Position numbers and translations under genes: made by a program. A stretch of 64,000 nucleotides of DNA, taken from contig JAAYNM010000023.1 of NCBI GenBank assembly GCA_012520815.1, positions 23,416-87,415 of the forward strand. Direction: 5' to 3'. The DNA comes from Clostridiales bacterium (lineage in GTDB: Bacteria; Bacillota; Clostridia; Lachnospirales; Lachnospiraceae). Of this stretch, positions 8,509-18,194 are shown in pieces (positions within the stretch are counted from its first letter, which is position 1; each line of letters opens with the position of its first letter). Below the pieces are notes generated by a model. That model made no database searches and was not told where the DNA came from. It saw only the letters and a program-made list of their open reading frames with translations.

Positions 8509-9216
8509 GTGAATAAATTAGGTATTATTGGTGGACTAGGACCTATGGCTACCATATATTTCATGGAATTAGTAGTAAAGATGACTAAGGCTGATGTTGA
8601 TTCAGACCATATTCCAATGATAGTATATAGCTACCCAGAAACACCGGATAGAACAGCATATTTACTTGATCATTCCAAACCCAATCCTCTCCCAGTTATT
8701 TTGAAAATGGCTAAAGAATTGGAGGAACAAAAGGTTGACTTTATTGCAATGCCATGCATTACAGCCCATTACTTTGGTAATGAGATCCACCAGTCCTTGA
8801 AATCTGCGAAATTTATAAATATGATAGAAGAAACAGCAAAGTACCTTCACAGTATTGGGGCAACTAAAATAGGTTTAATGGCCACTGATGGTACGGTAAA
8901 GAGCAAAGTTTTTGAAAAAACACTAAATGACTATGATATTGAGGTGGTAGTTCCATCTATAGAGAGTCAAAAGAAGGTAATGAGAATTATCTACGATGAA
9001 GTCAAGGCCGGAAAGCCAGTATCTATCACAGATTTGTATGATGTTAAAAATGAGCTGAAGGACCTGGGTGCTAAAGTTTGTATTTTAGGCTGTACAGAAT
9101 TGTCTGTAGTTAAAGGCAGTTATAAGTTGGACAATGATTTTGTGGATGTGCTGGATATTTTGGCTATGAAATCAGTTGAGTTATGTGGTGGTACTCTTTT
9201 AGAAACACCATGCTAA
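8509..9216 (+). CDS. Aspartate/glutamate-family amino-acid racemase (aspartate racemase-like)
   Basis: GTG start 6 nt after AAGGAG. N-terminus LGIIGGLGPMAT. Two catalytic Cys contexts: MPCITAH and LGCTELS. Confidence 0.8.
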   Translation: MNKLGIIGGLGPMATIYFMELVVKMTKADVDSDHIPMIVYSYPETPDRTAYLLDHSKPNPLPVILKMAKELEEQKVDFIAMPCITAHYFGNEIHQSLKSAKFINMIEETAKYLHSIGATKIGLMATDGTVKSKVFEKTLNDYDIEVVVPSIESQKKVMRIIYDEVKAGKPVSITDLYDVKNELKDLGAKVCILGCTELSVVKGSYKLDNDFVDVLDILAMKSVELCGGTLLETPC

Positions 9217-9339
9217 TGTTAAAAAGATTAAAAAACATTATGTAATATAATAATGTTTATAAATAAAAATATTCAATATAGCTTGAATGGGATATATTTT
9301 AATTCTTGCAAATAACAAAATAGAAAAGCAGGTAGTTTT

Positions 9340-10851
9340 ATGACAAATATTTTAGAATACTTAGAAAATACAGTTAAAACCTATAGCGAAAAGATAGCCT
9401 ATACAGACGGAACCAATTCAATGACTTTTAGTGAGTTATCCCATAATGCTAGGGCTATTGGTTCAGCAGTGGCAAAAACAGGCTGTTATAAAGAGCCTAT
9501 TATAGTATTTATGGATAAATCACCAGAGACAGTAGCCGCATTTATGGGTGTTATATATTCTGGTAATTTTTATGTGCCAATAGATGAGGAAATGCCAAAG
9601 AGCAGAATTGACCTTATCATCAAGGGACTCTCACCAAAGCAGATTATTTGCTCACAAGATGTTGCCTCACGTATAGATGAGTTTACAGACTGTAAGAATA
9701 TTCTTACATATGAAGAACTTATTAAGGAACCTATAGATGAGGATGTTCTAGCCGATATCAGAGATAAGCAGATTGATACAGACCCAATTTATACAGTGTT
9801 TACATCGGGTTCAACAGGTATTCCTAAGGGTGTTATTGCCTGTCATCGTTCTGTTATTGACTACATTGAGACACTTTCAGAGGTTCTTGAAGTTAGTGAT
9901 GACACAGTATTTGGTAATCAGACACCTCTTTATGTAGATGCTTGTCTCAAGGAAGTGTATACTACAATGAAGTTTGGTGCGACGACCTATTTTATTCCGA
10001 AGCAATTATTTATGATGCCGGTTAAATTGGTTGAATATTTAAATGAATATAAGATAAATACAGTTTGTTGGGTAGTTCCAGCACTCACTATTATTTCTGG
10101 GCTTGGAGCTTTTGCAAAGGTGGTTCCACAGTATTTAAAAATCATTGCTTTTGGAAGTGAAGTATTTCCGGTAAAGCAGTTCAATTTGTGGAAACAATAT
10201 GTTCCAGATGCAAAGTATATTAATCTTTATGGACCAACCGAGGCCACTGGGATGTCTTGCTATTATGTAGTAAATAGAGAATTTAGTGAAGGCGATGCTA
10301 TTCCAATTGGTAGACCTTTTAGAAATACGCAGATTCTCCTTATTGGGGATGATATGCAGTTAGCAAGTGCAGGCGAACCAGGCGAAATATATATTCGTGG
10401 CACTGCTGTTACATTAGGTTATTATAACGATTCTGAAAGAACCAATCAGGCGTTTGTACAGAATCCGCTTAATGATAAATATCCTGAAATTGTATACAAG
10501 ACAGGAGATCTAGCAAAATATAATGAATACGGAGAGCTTATTTATATTTCAAGGCGTGATCACCAGATTAAACATATGGGACACAGAATTGAATTAGGTG
10601 AAATCGAAGCTGCTGTAGACCAGATTGATGGTGTAAATACAGGCTGTTGTATTTATGACGAGGAAAAAAAGAAAATTCATCTCGTATATTCAGGAACAGC
10701 CGAAGTAGCATTCGTAGTAGAATCGCTTAAAAATAAACTCCCTAGGTACATGATTCCGAGTGGCGTTAAGGCAATGGAAACTCTTCCGCTTACGCTCAAT
10801 GGAAAGATTGACAGAGTTACAATTAAAAATCAGATTATTAAAAGAAAGTAG
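9340..10851 (+). CDS. DltA-type amino acid--carrier protein ligase (adenylation enzyme)
   Basis: 503 aa. Core adenylation motifs: FTSGSTGIPKGV, YGPTEAT, YKTGDLA, GHRIELGEIE, LNGKIDR. Length and layout match D-alanine--D-alanyl carrier protein ligase, but see the findings on specificity residues. Confidence 0.8.
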   Translation: MTNILEYLENTVKTYSEKIAYTDGTNSMTFSELSHNARAIGSAVAKTGCYKEPIIVFMDKSPETVAAFMGVIYSGNFYVPIDEEMPKSRIDLIIKGLSPKQIICSQDVASRIDEFTDCKNILTYEELIKEPIDEDVLADIRDKQIDTDPIYTVFTSGSTGIPKGVIACHRSVIDYIETLSEVLEVSDDTVFGNQTPLYVDACLKEVYTTMKFGATTYFIPKQLFMMPVKLVEYLNEYKINTVCWVVPALTIISGLGAFAKVVPQYLKIIAFGSEVFPVKQFNLWKQYVPDAKYINLYGPTEATGMSCYYVVNREFSEGDAIPIGRPFRNTQILLIGDDMQLASAGEPGEIYIRGTAVTLGYYNDSERTNQAFVQNPLNDKYPEIVYKTGDLAKYNEYGELIYISRRDHQIKHMGHRIELGEIEAAVDQIDGVNTGCCIYDEEKKKIHLVYSGTAEVAFVVESLKNKLPRYMIPSGVKAMETLPLTLNGKIDRVTIKNQIIKRK

Positions 10852-10860
10852 GTATTCATA

Positions 10861-11088
10861 ATGGACGAACTCTTAGAGATTTTAGATGGTTTACATCCAG
10901 AGGTAGATTTTACAACAGCAACAGGATTAATTGACAACAAGGTGCTTGATTCTTTTGACATAGTTACAATTATTTCAGAAGTAAACGATGAATTTGACGT
11001 AATGATTCCAGCTGACGAAATTGTACCAGAGAATTTCAATTCAGCAGAAGCTTTGTATGCGCTTATTACAAGACTTATAGAGGACTAA
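10861..11088 (+). CDS. DltC-type carrier protein (phosphopantetheine attachment Ser)
   Basis: 75 aa, starting 9 nt after the ligase gene. VLDSFDIVTIISEV matches the LDSF Ser motif of D-alanyl carrier proteins. Confidence 0.8.
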   Translation: MDELLEILDGLHPEVDFTTATGLIDNKVLDSFDIVTIISEVNDEFDVMIPADEIVPENFNSAEALYALITRLIED

Positions 11089-11210
11089 TTATAGAATGAA
11101 TGAGCTTATTATAAAACTAATTATAGGTAGGTTCTTTCAGAGATTTTAGAATGGAATTTAAATTTTAATTAAAGACTAAGATAGAAAAATAAAAATATAT
11201 AGGAGCTTAT

Positions 11211-12800
11211 ATGTTATTTACGTCCGGGGAATTTATTTTTTTCCTAGCAATCACCATTTTTTTATACTACATATTACCTAAAAAATGGCAGTGGAAATTT
11301 TTATTATTATCAAACTGCGTATTTTATTATGCTGCAGGAGCAATGGGATTTTTATTCATTGCAGCAACTATAATTTCTACATATTTGCTGAGTATAAAAA
11401 TAGACAAGATAAGTTCACAAGAAAAAGAACAAATAAAAAATAATAAAGCTGTATGGACAAAGGAAGAAAAAAAGTCCTACAAAGAGAAAATGAAAAAGAA
11501 AAGAGGAAGATACCTTATTACGGGAATCCTCTTTAATTTTGGAATTCTTGCTGTTTTAAAATATGCAAATTTTGTAATTTTTAATGTAAATGGTATTTTT
11601 TTCAACGATGATAATGCTTTACAATTAATCGATTTCTTTGTACCACTTGGAATTTCCTTTTACACATTCCAAATCATGGGATATCTAATTGATTTATATT
11701 ACGGTAAATATAAAGCTGAGAGAAACATTTTCAAACTTGCATTATTTACGTCATTTTTTCCACAGTTAATTCAGGGACCAATAAGCAGATTCGCAAATCT
11801 GAGCAAAACATTATATGAAGAACATTCATTACAATGGTCGAATATTAGACTAGGTCTTGAAAGAATCCTTTGGGGTTACTTCAAGAAAGTGGTTATTGCA
11901 GATAGAATGTTAATTGGTGTAAAGGCTCTTATAGGTGCACCAGAGCAGTACGATGGAGTATTTGCGTTGATCGGTATGCTTTTCTATGCAGTAGAATTAT
12001 ATGCTGATTTCACTGGAGGTATTGATATTACTATTGGTATTGGACAGATGATGGGCATAAATGTAATGGAAAACTTCTATCGACCATTCTTCTCAAAGAA
12101 TATTGCTGAATATTGGAGAAGATGGCACATTTCTCTAGGTGAATGGTTTAAAGAATATATTTTCTATCCAGTTTCAATAAGTGGATGGATGATGAAGCTT
12201 ACAAAGAAATCTAAGAAGATTTTTGGCGATAGATTTGGTAAAAAGATACCTGTATATCTAGCTACGATTATTACGTGGTTTACCACAGGATTGTGGCATG
12301 GTGCGGCATGGAACTTTATCGTATGGGGCCTGGGAAATTGCTTGGTTATTGTGGTTTCGGAAGAATTAAAGCCTCTATACAGGAAATTCCACGAGAAATT
12401 TCCAAAGTTAAAACCCACATGGGGATACAAGGTATTTGAAATTCTTAGAACGTTCCTTATAATGAGTTCTTTAAGAATGTTCGACTGCTACAGAGATGTA
12501 GGCCTAACTTTTAAAATGTTCTTTAGTATTTTTACAGATTTCCGTATCAGTGATATAACTGGGGGAGAATTGTTGAATCTAGGACTTACAAGTGGCGATT
12601 ATATAATTTTAGCCACAGGTATATTGTTGATGTTTACGATTAGTATGTTACAGCGTCATGCAGCTATAAGAACGCAAATCAGCAACAAGGGATTTGCATT
12701 TGAATGTGCAGTTTTTGCATTGTTATTTATTAGCATAATTATATTTGGTGCCTACGGCATTGGATATGACGCAAGTCAATTTATATATAATCAGTTCTAA
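11211..12800 (+). CDS. MBOAT family membrane O-acyltransferase (DltB/AlgI-like)
   Basis: 529 aa, polytopic. Conserved MBOAT His region EYWRRWHISLGEWFKEYIFYP. At this size it is closer to AlgI than to about 400-aa DltB. Confidence 0.85.
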   Translation: MLFTSGEFIFFLAITIFLYYILPKKWQWKFLLLSNCVFYYAAGAMGFLFIAATIISTYLLSIKIDKISSQEKEQIKNNKAVWTKEEKKSYKEKMKKKRGRYLITGILFNFGILAVLKYANFVIFNVNGIFFNDDNALQLIDFFVPLGISFYTFQIMGYLIDLYYGKYKAERNIFKLALFTSFFPQLIQGPISRFANLSKTLYEEHSLQWSNIRLGLERILWGYFKKVVIADRMLIGVKALIGAPEQYDGVFALIGMLFYAVELYADFTGGIDITIGIGQMMGINVMENFYRPFFSKNIAEYWRRWHISLGEWFKEYIFYPVSISGWMMKLTKKSKKIFGDRFGKKIPVYLATIITWFTTGLWHGAAWNFIVWGLGNCLVIVVSEELKPLYRKFHEKFPKLKPTWGYKVFEILRTFLIMSSLRMFDCYRDVGLTFKMFFSIFTDFRISDITGGELLNLGLTSGDYIILATGILLMFTISMLQRHAAIRTQISNKGFAFECAVFALLFISIIIFGAYGIGYDASQFIYNQF

Positions 12801-12814
12801 TGCGAGGTAAGATT

Positions 12815-13876
12815 ATGACCAAAAGAAAGAAAAAAGTAATAATACTGGCTCTAGTATTGGTGGTTATGTTGGTTGCCTTAGCAGCATTACAAAGACTATT
12901 TATGCCGAAATACATGTCCGATATTTACGAGGGGGCAATGATTGGCGAATACTATGACGACAGCGAAAACCACAATATAATCTTCGTGGGTGATTGCGAG
13001 GTATATGAAAATATTTCCCCTGTAACACTTTGGGAAGAGTATGGACTTACAAGCTATATGCGAGGTAGTGCACAGCAGCTTATTTGGCAGTCCTATTATT
13101 TACTAGAAGAGACACTTAGTTATGAAACTCCTGATGTAGTAGTTTTCAATGTGTTATCTATGAAGTATGGTGAACCACAAAACGAAGCATATAATAGAAT
13201 GACCTTAGACGGCATGAAAATGTCTGCTAGTAAGATAAAGTCTATCAACGCGTCAATGACAGAGGAGGAATCCTTTATGTCATACGTATTCCCACTACTT
13301 AGATATCATTCTCGTTGGAATGAGTTGACACAGGACGATTTTAAGTATTATTGGTCCACAAAAAAAGTAACACATAGCGGATACCTTATGAGAGCGGACA
13401 TAAAGCCTGTAGGTGGTTTGCCAAAGGCACCAGCATTACAGGATTATTCTTTCTCTGAAAATAGTTACAAATATCTTGATATGATGGTTGACTTATGTGA
13501 TAAAAAAGGAATACAATTAGTCTTGATAAAGGCACCAAGTCTTTATCCATATTGGTATGACGAGTGGGATGATGCTATGGAAGACTATGCAAATGAGCAT
13601 AATCTAAAGTATATTAATTTCCTTGATTGTACAGAGGAAATTGGCATAGATTTCTCAACAGATACTTATGATGCAGGATTGCATTTGAATGTATATGGCG
13701 CAGAAAAACTCGCACATTATTTTGGAAAGACCCTTATGGATAGTTATGAATTCACTGATTATGCTTCAGACGAAGAAGTGGTGAAGCATTGGGAAGAAAT
13801 AGTTAAGGACTATGATGAAGAAAAGGCATATCAAGAAGAATTACTAGAAGAATATGGATATTTGAAAGGATATTGA
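12815..13876 (+). CDS. Membrane-anchored SGNH-fold protein, DltD/AlgJ-like partner of the MBOAT
   Basis: ORF from 12800 overlaps the MBOAT stop. I prefer the ATG at 12815 (GAGGT 6 nt upstream). It has an N-terminal TM, block-I-like IIFVGDCEV and a C-terminal YDAGLHLNVYGAEKL. The functional call rests on context plus weak motifs. Confidence 0.55.
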   Translation: MTKRKKKVIILALVLVVMLVALAALQRLFMPKYMSDIYEGAMIGEYYDDSENHNIIFVGDCEVYENISPVTLWEEYGLTSYMRGSAQQLIWQSYYLLEETLSYETPDVVVFNVLSMKYGEPQNEAYNRMTLDGMKMSASKIKSINASMTEEESFMSYVFPLLRYHSRWNELTQDDFKYYWSTKKVTHSGYLMRADIKPVGGLPKAPALQDYSFSENSYKYLDMMVDLCDKKGIQLVLIKAPSLYPYWYDEWDDAMEDYANEHNLKYINFLDCTEEIGIDFSTDTYDAGLHLNVYGAEKLAHYFGKTLMDSYEFTDYASDEEVVKHWEEIVKDYDEEKAYQEELLEEYGYLKGY

Positions 13877-13878
13877 TT

Positions 13879-14388
13879 ATGAAAAAGAAAATATTAGCAT
13901 TAACTGTAATTGCTATGATGGCATTTGCAACAGGATGTGGTTCATCAGGAGATAGTGACAATACAACAACAACACAAAAGGCTTCGGAAAATACAATTCC
14001 TAAGTACTATGTATCAGTAGGAAATGAAAAGGTATACATTGGACAAGCAGGTGATGCTGCAATAGACGCTTTAGGCGAAGCAAACAGCACATTCACAGCA
14101 GTAAGCTGCGCATTCGAAGGCGAAGATAAGATGTATATGTACGATGGATTTCAGGTGACAATAAGTACTGTTGAAGGAAGCGAAGTTGTAACAGCAATTG
14201 ACTTCACAGATGATAGAATAGCTACACCAGAAGGCGTAAAAATCGGAAGCACAGATGCGCAGGTTTGCTCAGCGATGGGTGTAGACAGTGAATCTCTTGG
14301 AAATTACACATTCAATGACGGAAAAACACAGTTGACTATTGCCCAGAAAGATGGCGAAGTTATCGCGATAACTTATTCTTATAAGTAG
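13879..14388 (+). CDS. Lipoprotein of unknown function
   Basis: Signal peptide with lipobox MAFATGC. The listed ORF start (13873) overlaps the upstream stop at 13876, which suggests the same operon. Confidence 0.7.
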   Translation: MKKKILALTVIAMMAFATGCGSSGDSDNTTTTQKASENTIPKYYVSVGNEKVYIGQAGDAAIDALGEANSTFTAVSCAFEGEDKMYMYDGFQVTISTVEGSEVVTAIDFTDDRIATPEGVKIGSTDAQVCSAMGVDSESLGNYTFNDGKTQLTIAQKDGEVIAITYSYK

Positions 14389-14488
14389 GATAGGGTGTAA
14401 ATTGCAACATATAATGATATTCATGACATATATCCAATAGAGTTGCTCATATCATGTATCCCCATCATCTATTCAATGCAGATGGATT

Positions 14489-15688
14489 CTACTCGATAGA
14501 AGTAATATCAGGAACTGCTGATGGGGTGGTTGATTCTGGTTCGGTAATAGTAGGATCGGTGTCCTTGGTTGTACCTTCACTAGTACCTTCACTAGTACCA
14601 GAAGGTGTAGTTGTCTCTGGATTTGTAGTAGTGGTGTTTGCTGGCGTAGTAGTCTCTTCGGATTTTACGATGACAACAACATCTATAGAGGCCGTACTTC
14701 CTATTACATCAGTAACAGAAACTTTGATTGAGTACTTTCCAACTACATTTAAGTTGTAGTTGCCTTCAATAATAATCTTATCAGAAATGTCATTGCCACA
14801 AGTATCGTTGGCAGAAAAATTACTGAGGAGTTTTTCAATTGAAGCACCTACTGTAAGGGTTACAGTGGAATTTTGAGCTTTAATTTGAGCTGAAAAATTA
14901 TGCCATGGATTGTTTGGATCTGGATCAGTAGGGTCCCAGCCAGCATAAGGACTATCTAAAGGAATTTTAATACTTTCGGGCTTTCCTAGTGGACCAGGTG
15001 TTGTAGGATCATCATATATGATAACAGTGGTATTTACTGGACAATTTTCATAAATCCAAATCGCATCTGCAACACTCATACGAACACATCCAAGAGAAGC
15101 AGCAGAGCCAAGCTTGTTATATTCTTCTGTCTCAAGTGTATCTTTTGTCATAGATAGGTATGGAACAGAGTGGAATAAGTAACTATTCTTGAAACGGTAA
15201 ACGTATTGGGCACAAGATCTATCAGCCATAACAGCCCATTTAAACATATCTGATGTGTTGAAGGTACCCATAGGAGTTTCGTGCCCTTCACGGCCAGTAG
15301 AGCAAACTATAGCTTTTACTGGGATAGTGAATTGACCTGAATCATCCTTTGTATAAACAGTAATACAATTCATAATTCTATTAACCATAACTAAATATGG
15401 AAGTTCATTTGCCGGTAATGTTTCAATTTCTGTAGTTTCTGGATCAATCACATCAATGAGGGATTCATTTTCAGAAGTTGGTTCGTTTGATGGAATGGTA
15501 TCATCATCGGCTTCTGATGAATGATTTGCAGTAGGCCTCTTTGTAGTGGATGGCTCCTTTGGGGTAGTTGGAGAATCAAGAGTAAAGACGGCAAGAACAA
15601 TGAAAACTCCTAACAAAAGAGTAGTCACGCCTACGGTCAGTGCCACTAGATGCCTATTTCTTATAATAAAATTTTTTAATGAATTCAT
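14489..15688 (-). CDS. L,D-transpeptidase (YkuD domain) with C-terminal Ig-like domain and T/P/E-rich tail
   Basis: YkuD catalytic context: LFHSVPY ... SLGCVRMS. N-terminal TM. The Ig-like segment NDTCGNDISDKIIIEGNYNLNVVGKYSIKVSVTD resembles the one in the 7297 gene. I prefer the start at MNSLKNF (15688) over 15730. Confidence 0.85.
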   Translation of the reverse strand: MNSLKNFIIRNRHLVALTVGVTTLLLGVFIVLAVFTLDSPTTPKEPSTTKRPTANHSSEADDDTIPSNEPTSENESLIDVIDPETTEIETLPANELPYLVMVNRIMNCITVYTKDDSGQFTIPVKAIVCSTGREGHETPMGTFNTSDMFKWAVMADRSCAQYVYRFKNSYLFHSVPYLSMTKDTLETEEYNKLGSAASLGCVRMSVADAIWIYENCPVNTTVIIYDDPTTPGPLGKPESIKIPLDSPYAGWDPTDPDPNNPWHNFSAQIKAQNSTVTLTVGASIEKLLSNFSANDTCGNDISDKIIIEGNYNLNVVGKYSIKVSVTDVIGSTASIDVVVIVKSEETTTPANTTTTNPETTTPSGTSEGTSEGTTKDTDPTITEPESTTPSAVPDITSIE

Positions 15689-16126
15689 AATTACCTCGTA
15701 GTTAATTAATATTGCGCAGTTATTTAACAATGCGTGATTATTTAATATTGCAAATTTATTTAATAAAGTATAGTTTCTAATATTAAATTTTTTGATTTTA
15801 CCTAGTATTTAAGTACTATATAGTATTAGAAAACTCAGCACATATAAAACTAGTAGTTTTATGTATATATGGATATGAATAAGTTGGCAAAATAGAAATA
15901 TTTTTACTTTGTCAACTTATGTAGAATAAACGCCAAAAATAGCGAATATCTGTGTGTATATTTTATAATTAAACTTATATAAAAACAACCCCTAAAATGG
16001 TAGTAAATTAGAAAAAGCATATAAAAGTATAAAAGGTAAGAAGCATACTATTTTAAGACTTGAGAATTGTATTTCTTTGAGTTATACTAATAATGCTTTA
16101 TTAATACGAATAAGAGAGGAACAAAA

Positions 16127-17341
16127 ATGTTTAAAATTAATGACAACTATTTAAAATTACCAGGTAGTTACTTGTTTTCAAATATTGGAAAGAAGGTAAA
16201 TGCCTTTACATCAGCTAATCCAGATAAAAAAATTATCAGACTTGGAATTGGTGATGTTACATTACCACTTGCACCAAAGGTTATAGACACACTTCATAGC
16301 GCAGTGGACGAGATGGGAAGCGCAGCTTCGTTTAAAGGATATGCTCCAGATCTTGGATATGAATTTTTACGTCAAGCTATTGCTACCAATGATTACAAGG
16401 CTCGTGGTGTTGAAATCGCTCTTGATGAAATTTTTATTAGTGATGGTGCAAAGAGCGATTCAGGTAATATTGGCGATATATTTGCAGTAGATAATAAGAT
16501 TGCAGTTTGTGATCCTGTATATCCAGTTTATGTTGATACAAATGTAATGGCTGGAAGAACAGGTGAATATAATGTAGAAACAGAGAGATGGTCCAATGTA
16601 ATTTATATGCCATGTACAGAAGCTACAGGCTTTGCTCCTGAACTACCAAGCCAAACACCAGATATTATATATCTTTGTTTCCCTAACAATCCTACTGGAG
16701 CTACTCTTAACAAGGCAGAACTCCAAAAATGGGTTGATTATGCACTAAAAGTTGGGGCTGTTATTGTTTATGATGCAGCTTATGAAGCATATATTTCAGA
16801 GGAAGATGTTCCTCATACTATTTATGAGTGTGAAGGTGCAAAAGAGTGTTCTATCGAGATAAGAAGTTTCTCGAAAAATGCAGGCTTTACAGGAACTCGT
16901 CTTGGCTTTACAGTTATACCAAAGGAACTAAAAAGTGGCGATACAATGCTCAATAGCTTATGGGCTAGAAGACATGGAACTAAATTTAATGGTGCTCCAT
17001 ATATTATACAAAAGGCTGGCGAAGCTATTTACACAGAAGAAGGCAAGGCTCAGACAAGACAGCAGGTTGAATATTATATGAATAATGCTAAAATTATCAG
17101 AGATGGACTTGCAGCGGCAGGATATTCGGTTTCTGGTGGTGTAAATGCGCCTTATATTTGGTTAAAAACTCCAGACAAGATGACATCATGGGAATTCTTT
17201 GATTACTTACTAAATGAAGCAAATGTTGTTGGTACTCCTGGTTCAGGATTTGGACCAAGTGGTGAAGGTTACTTCAGACTCACAGCATTTGGAACTTATG
17301 AAAATACACTTGAGGCTATGGAGAGAATCAAGGCACTTTAG
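16127..17341 (+). CDS. dapL: LL-diaminopimelate aminotransferase
   Basis: 404 aa. The N-terminus [19 protein letters not shown] and the PLP Lys context [15 protein letters not shown] are typical of DapL-type aminotransferases. Confidence 0.85.
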   Translation: MFKINDNYLKLPGSYLFSNIGKKVNAFTSANPDKKIIRLGIGDVTLPLAPKVIDTLHSAVDEMGSAASFKGYAPDLGYEFLRQAIATNDYKARGVEIALDEIFISDGAKSDSGNIGDIFAVDNKIAVCDPVYPVYVDTNVMAGRTGEYNVETERWSNVIYMPCTEATGFAPELPSQTPDIIYLCFPNNPTGATLNKAELQKWVDYALKVGAVIVYDAAYEAYISEEDVPHTIYECEGAKECSIEIRSFSKNAGFTGTRLGFTVIPKELKSGDTMLNSLWARRHGTKFNGAPYIIQKAGEAIYTEEGKAQTRQQVEYYMNNAKIIRDGLAAAGYSVSGGVNAPYIWLKTPDKMTSWEFFDYLLNEANVVGTPGSGFGPSGEGYFRLTAFGTYENTLEAMERIKAL

Positions 17342-17361
17342 TATTAACGGTGATATGCATA

Positions 17362-17391
17362 GGAGAAGTGGTACCTACCACTTCTCTTTTA
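17362..17391 (+). terminator. Rho-independent terminator after dapL
   Basis: gagaagtggta / taccacttctc perfect 11-bp stem followed by TTTT. Confidence 0.8.
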
Positions 17392-17499
17392 ATATGAGAT
17401 ATGTATAATGTACATAAATATGGAAAAATATGGATTAAGTTATATAAAAAGGAAAGGAAAGTATATATCGTCTAAGATAATATACGTGGATTTTAAAAT

Positions 17500-17997
17500 A
17501 TGCAAAAAGTTGATATTACTAAAATGAACGAAAATGTATTTACAAAAATAGGAAAGCAGTGGATGCTCATCGGCGCTACAAAAGGAGAAAAGAGTAATGC
17601 TATGACAGCTTCTTGGGGTGGACTGGGTATTATGTGGGGAAAGGAAGTTGCCTACATTTTTATAAGAGATAGCAGATATACAAAGGAGTTGGTAGATGGA
17701 AGCGACAAAATATCGGTTTCATTTATGCCAGAGGATAAAAAAAATGTGCTTGCATATATGGGTAAAGCATCAGGAAGATATGAAGATAAAATCACAAAAT
17801 CGAACCTTCACATGATAGAGGGCTATGATATACCAGTGTTTGAGGAATCAGAACTTACACTTATATGTAAGAAATTATATGCTCAGGATATGAAGGCTGA
17901 GTGCTTTATAGATGAGGCACAGATAGAGAAATGGTATGGTGATAACGATTATCATACAATGTATGTGGTGGAAATATTAGAGGCATTAGAAAAATAA
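17500..17997 (+). CDS. Flavin reductase-like (flavoredoxin family) protein
   Basis: 165 aa. NAMTASWGGLGIMWGK resembles the FMN-binding split-barrel flavin reductase-like family. Confidence 0.55.
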   Translation: MQKVDITKMNENVFTKIGKQWMLIGATKGEKSNAMTASWGGLGIMWGKEVAYIFIRDSRYTKELVDGSDKISVSFMPEDKKNVLAYMGKASGRYEDKITKSNLHMIEGYDIPVFEESELTLICKKLYAQDMKAECFIDEAQIEKWYGDNDYHTMYVVEILEALEK

Positions 17998-18194
17998 GAA
18001 GCAAGAATAGATAAAACAGGAATCAATAAACAAGGATCAAGAAACAAAAATAGATGAAACAAGAATCAAATATATAATTAAAAACATAGGAAGCTAGTTT
18101 GATACAATACCGCCGAATCCACGGGAAATATCACACTAACTTCCTTTTTCATAAAACAAAAAATATTAAAACCAGAAACTACGAAAATCAAAAA

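Noticed and set aside
9751-9758. Perfect GCCGATAT (SigD -10 consensus) inside the dltA-like gene
   Set aside because: It is intragenic and has no TAAA at the appropriate upstream distance. CCGATAT is expected several times by chance in this window.
15731-16126. Lysine riboswitch or other leader in the 396-nt region upstream of dapL. It includes a perfect 19-bp palindrome ATAAAACTAGTAGTTTTAT (15844-15862) and an inverted repeat aagttggcaaa…tttgtcaactt (15881-15919).
   Set aside because: No L-box core sequences were seen and the region is extremely AT-rich. By rough estimate, a 9-bp-arm palindrome is expected about once by chance in 64 kb of this composition. A TTGAGA-17-TATACT promoter near 16060-16088 suffices to explain dapL expression.
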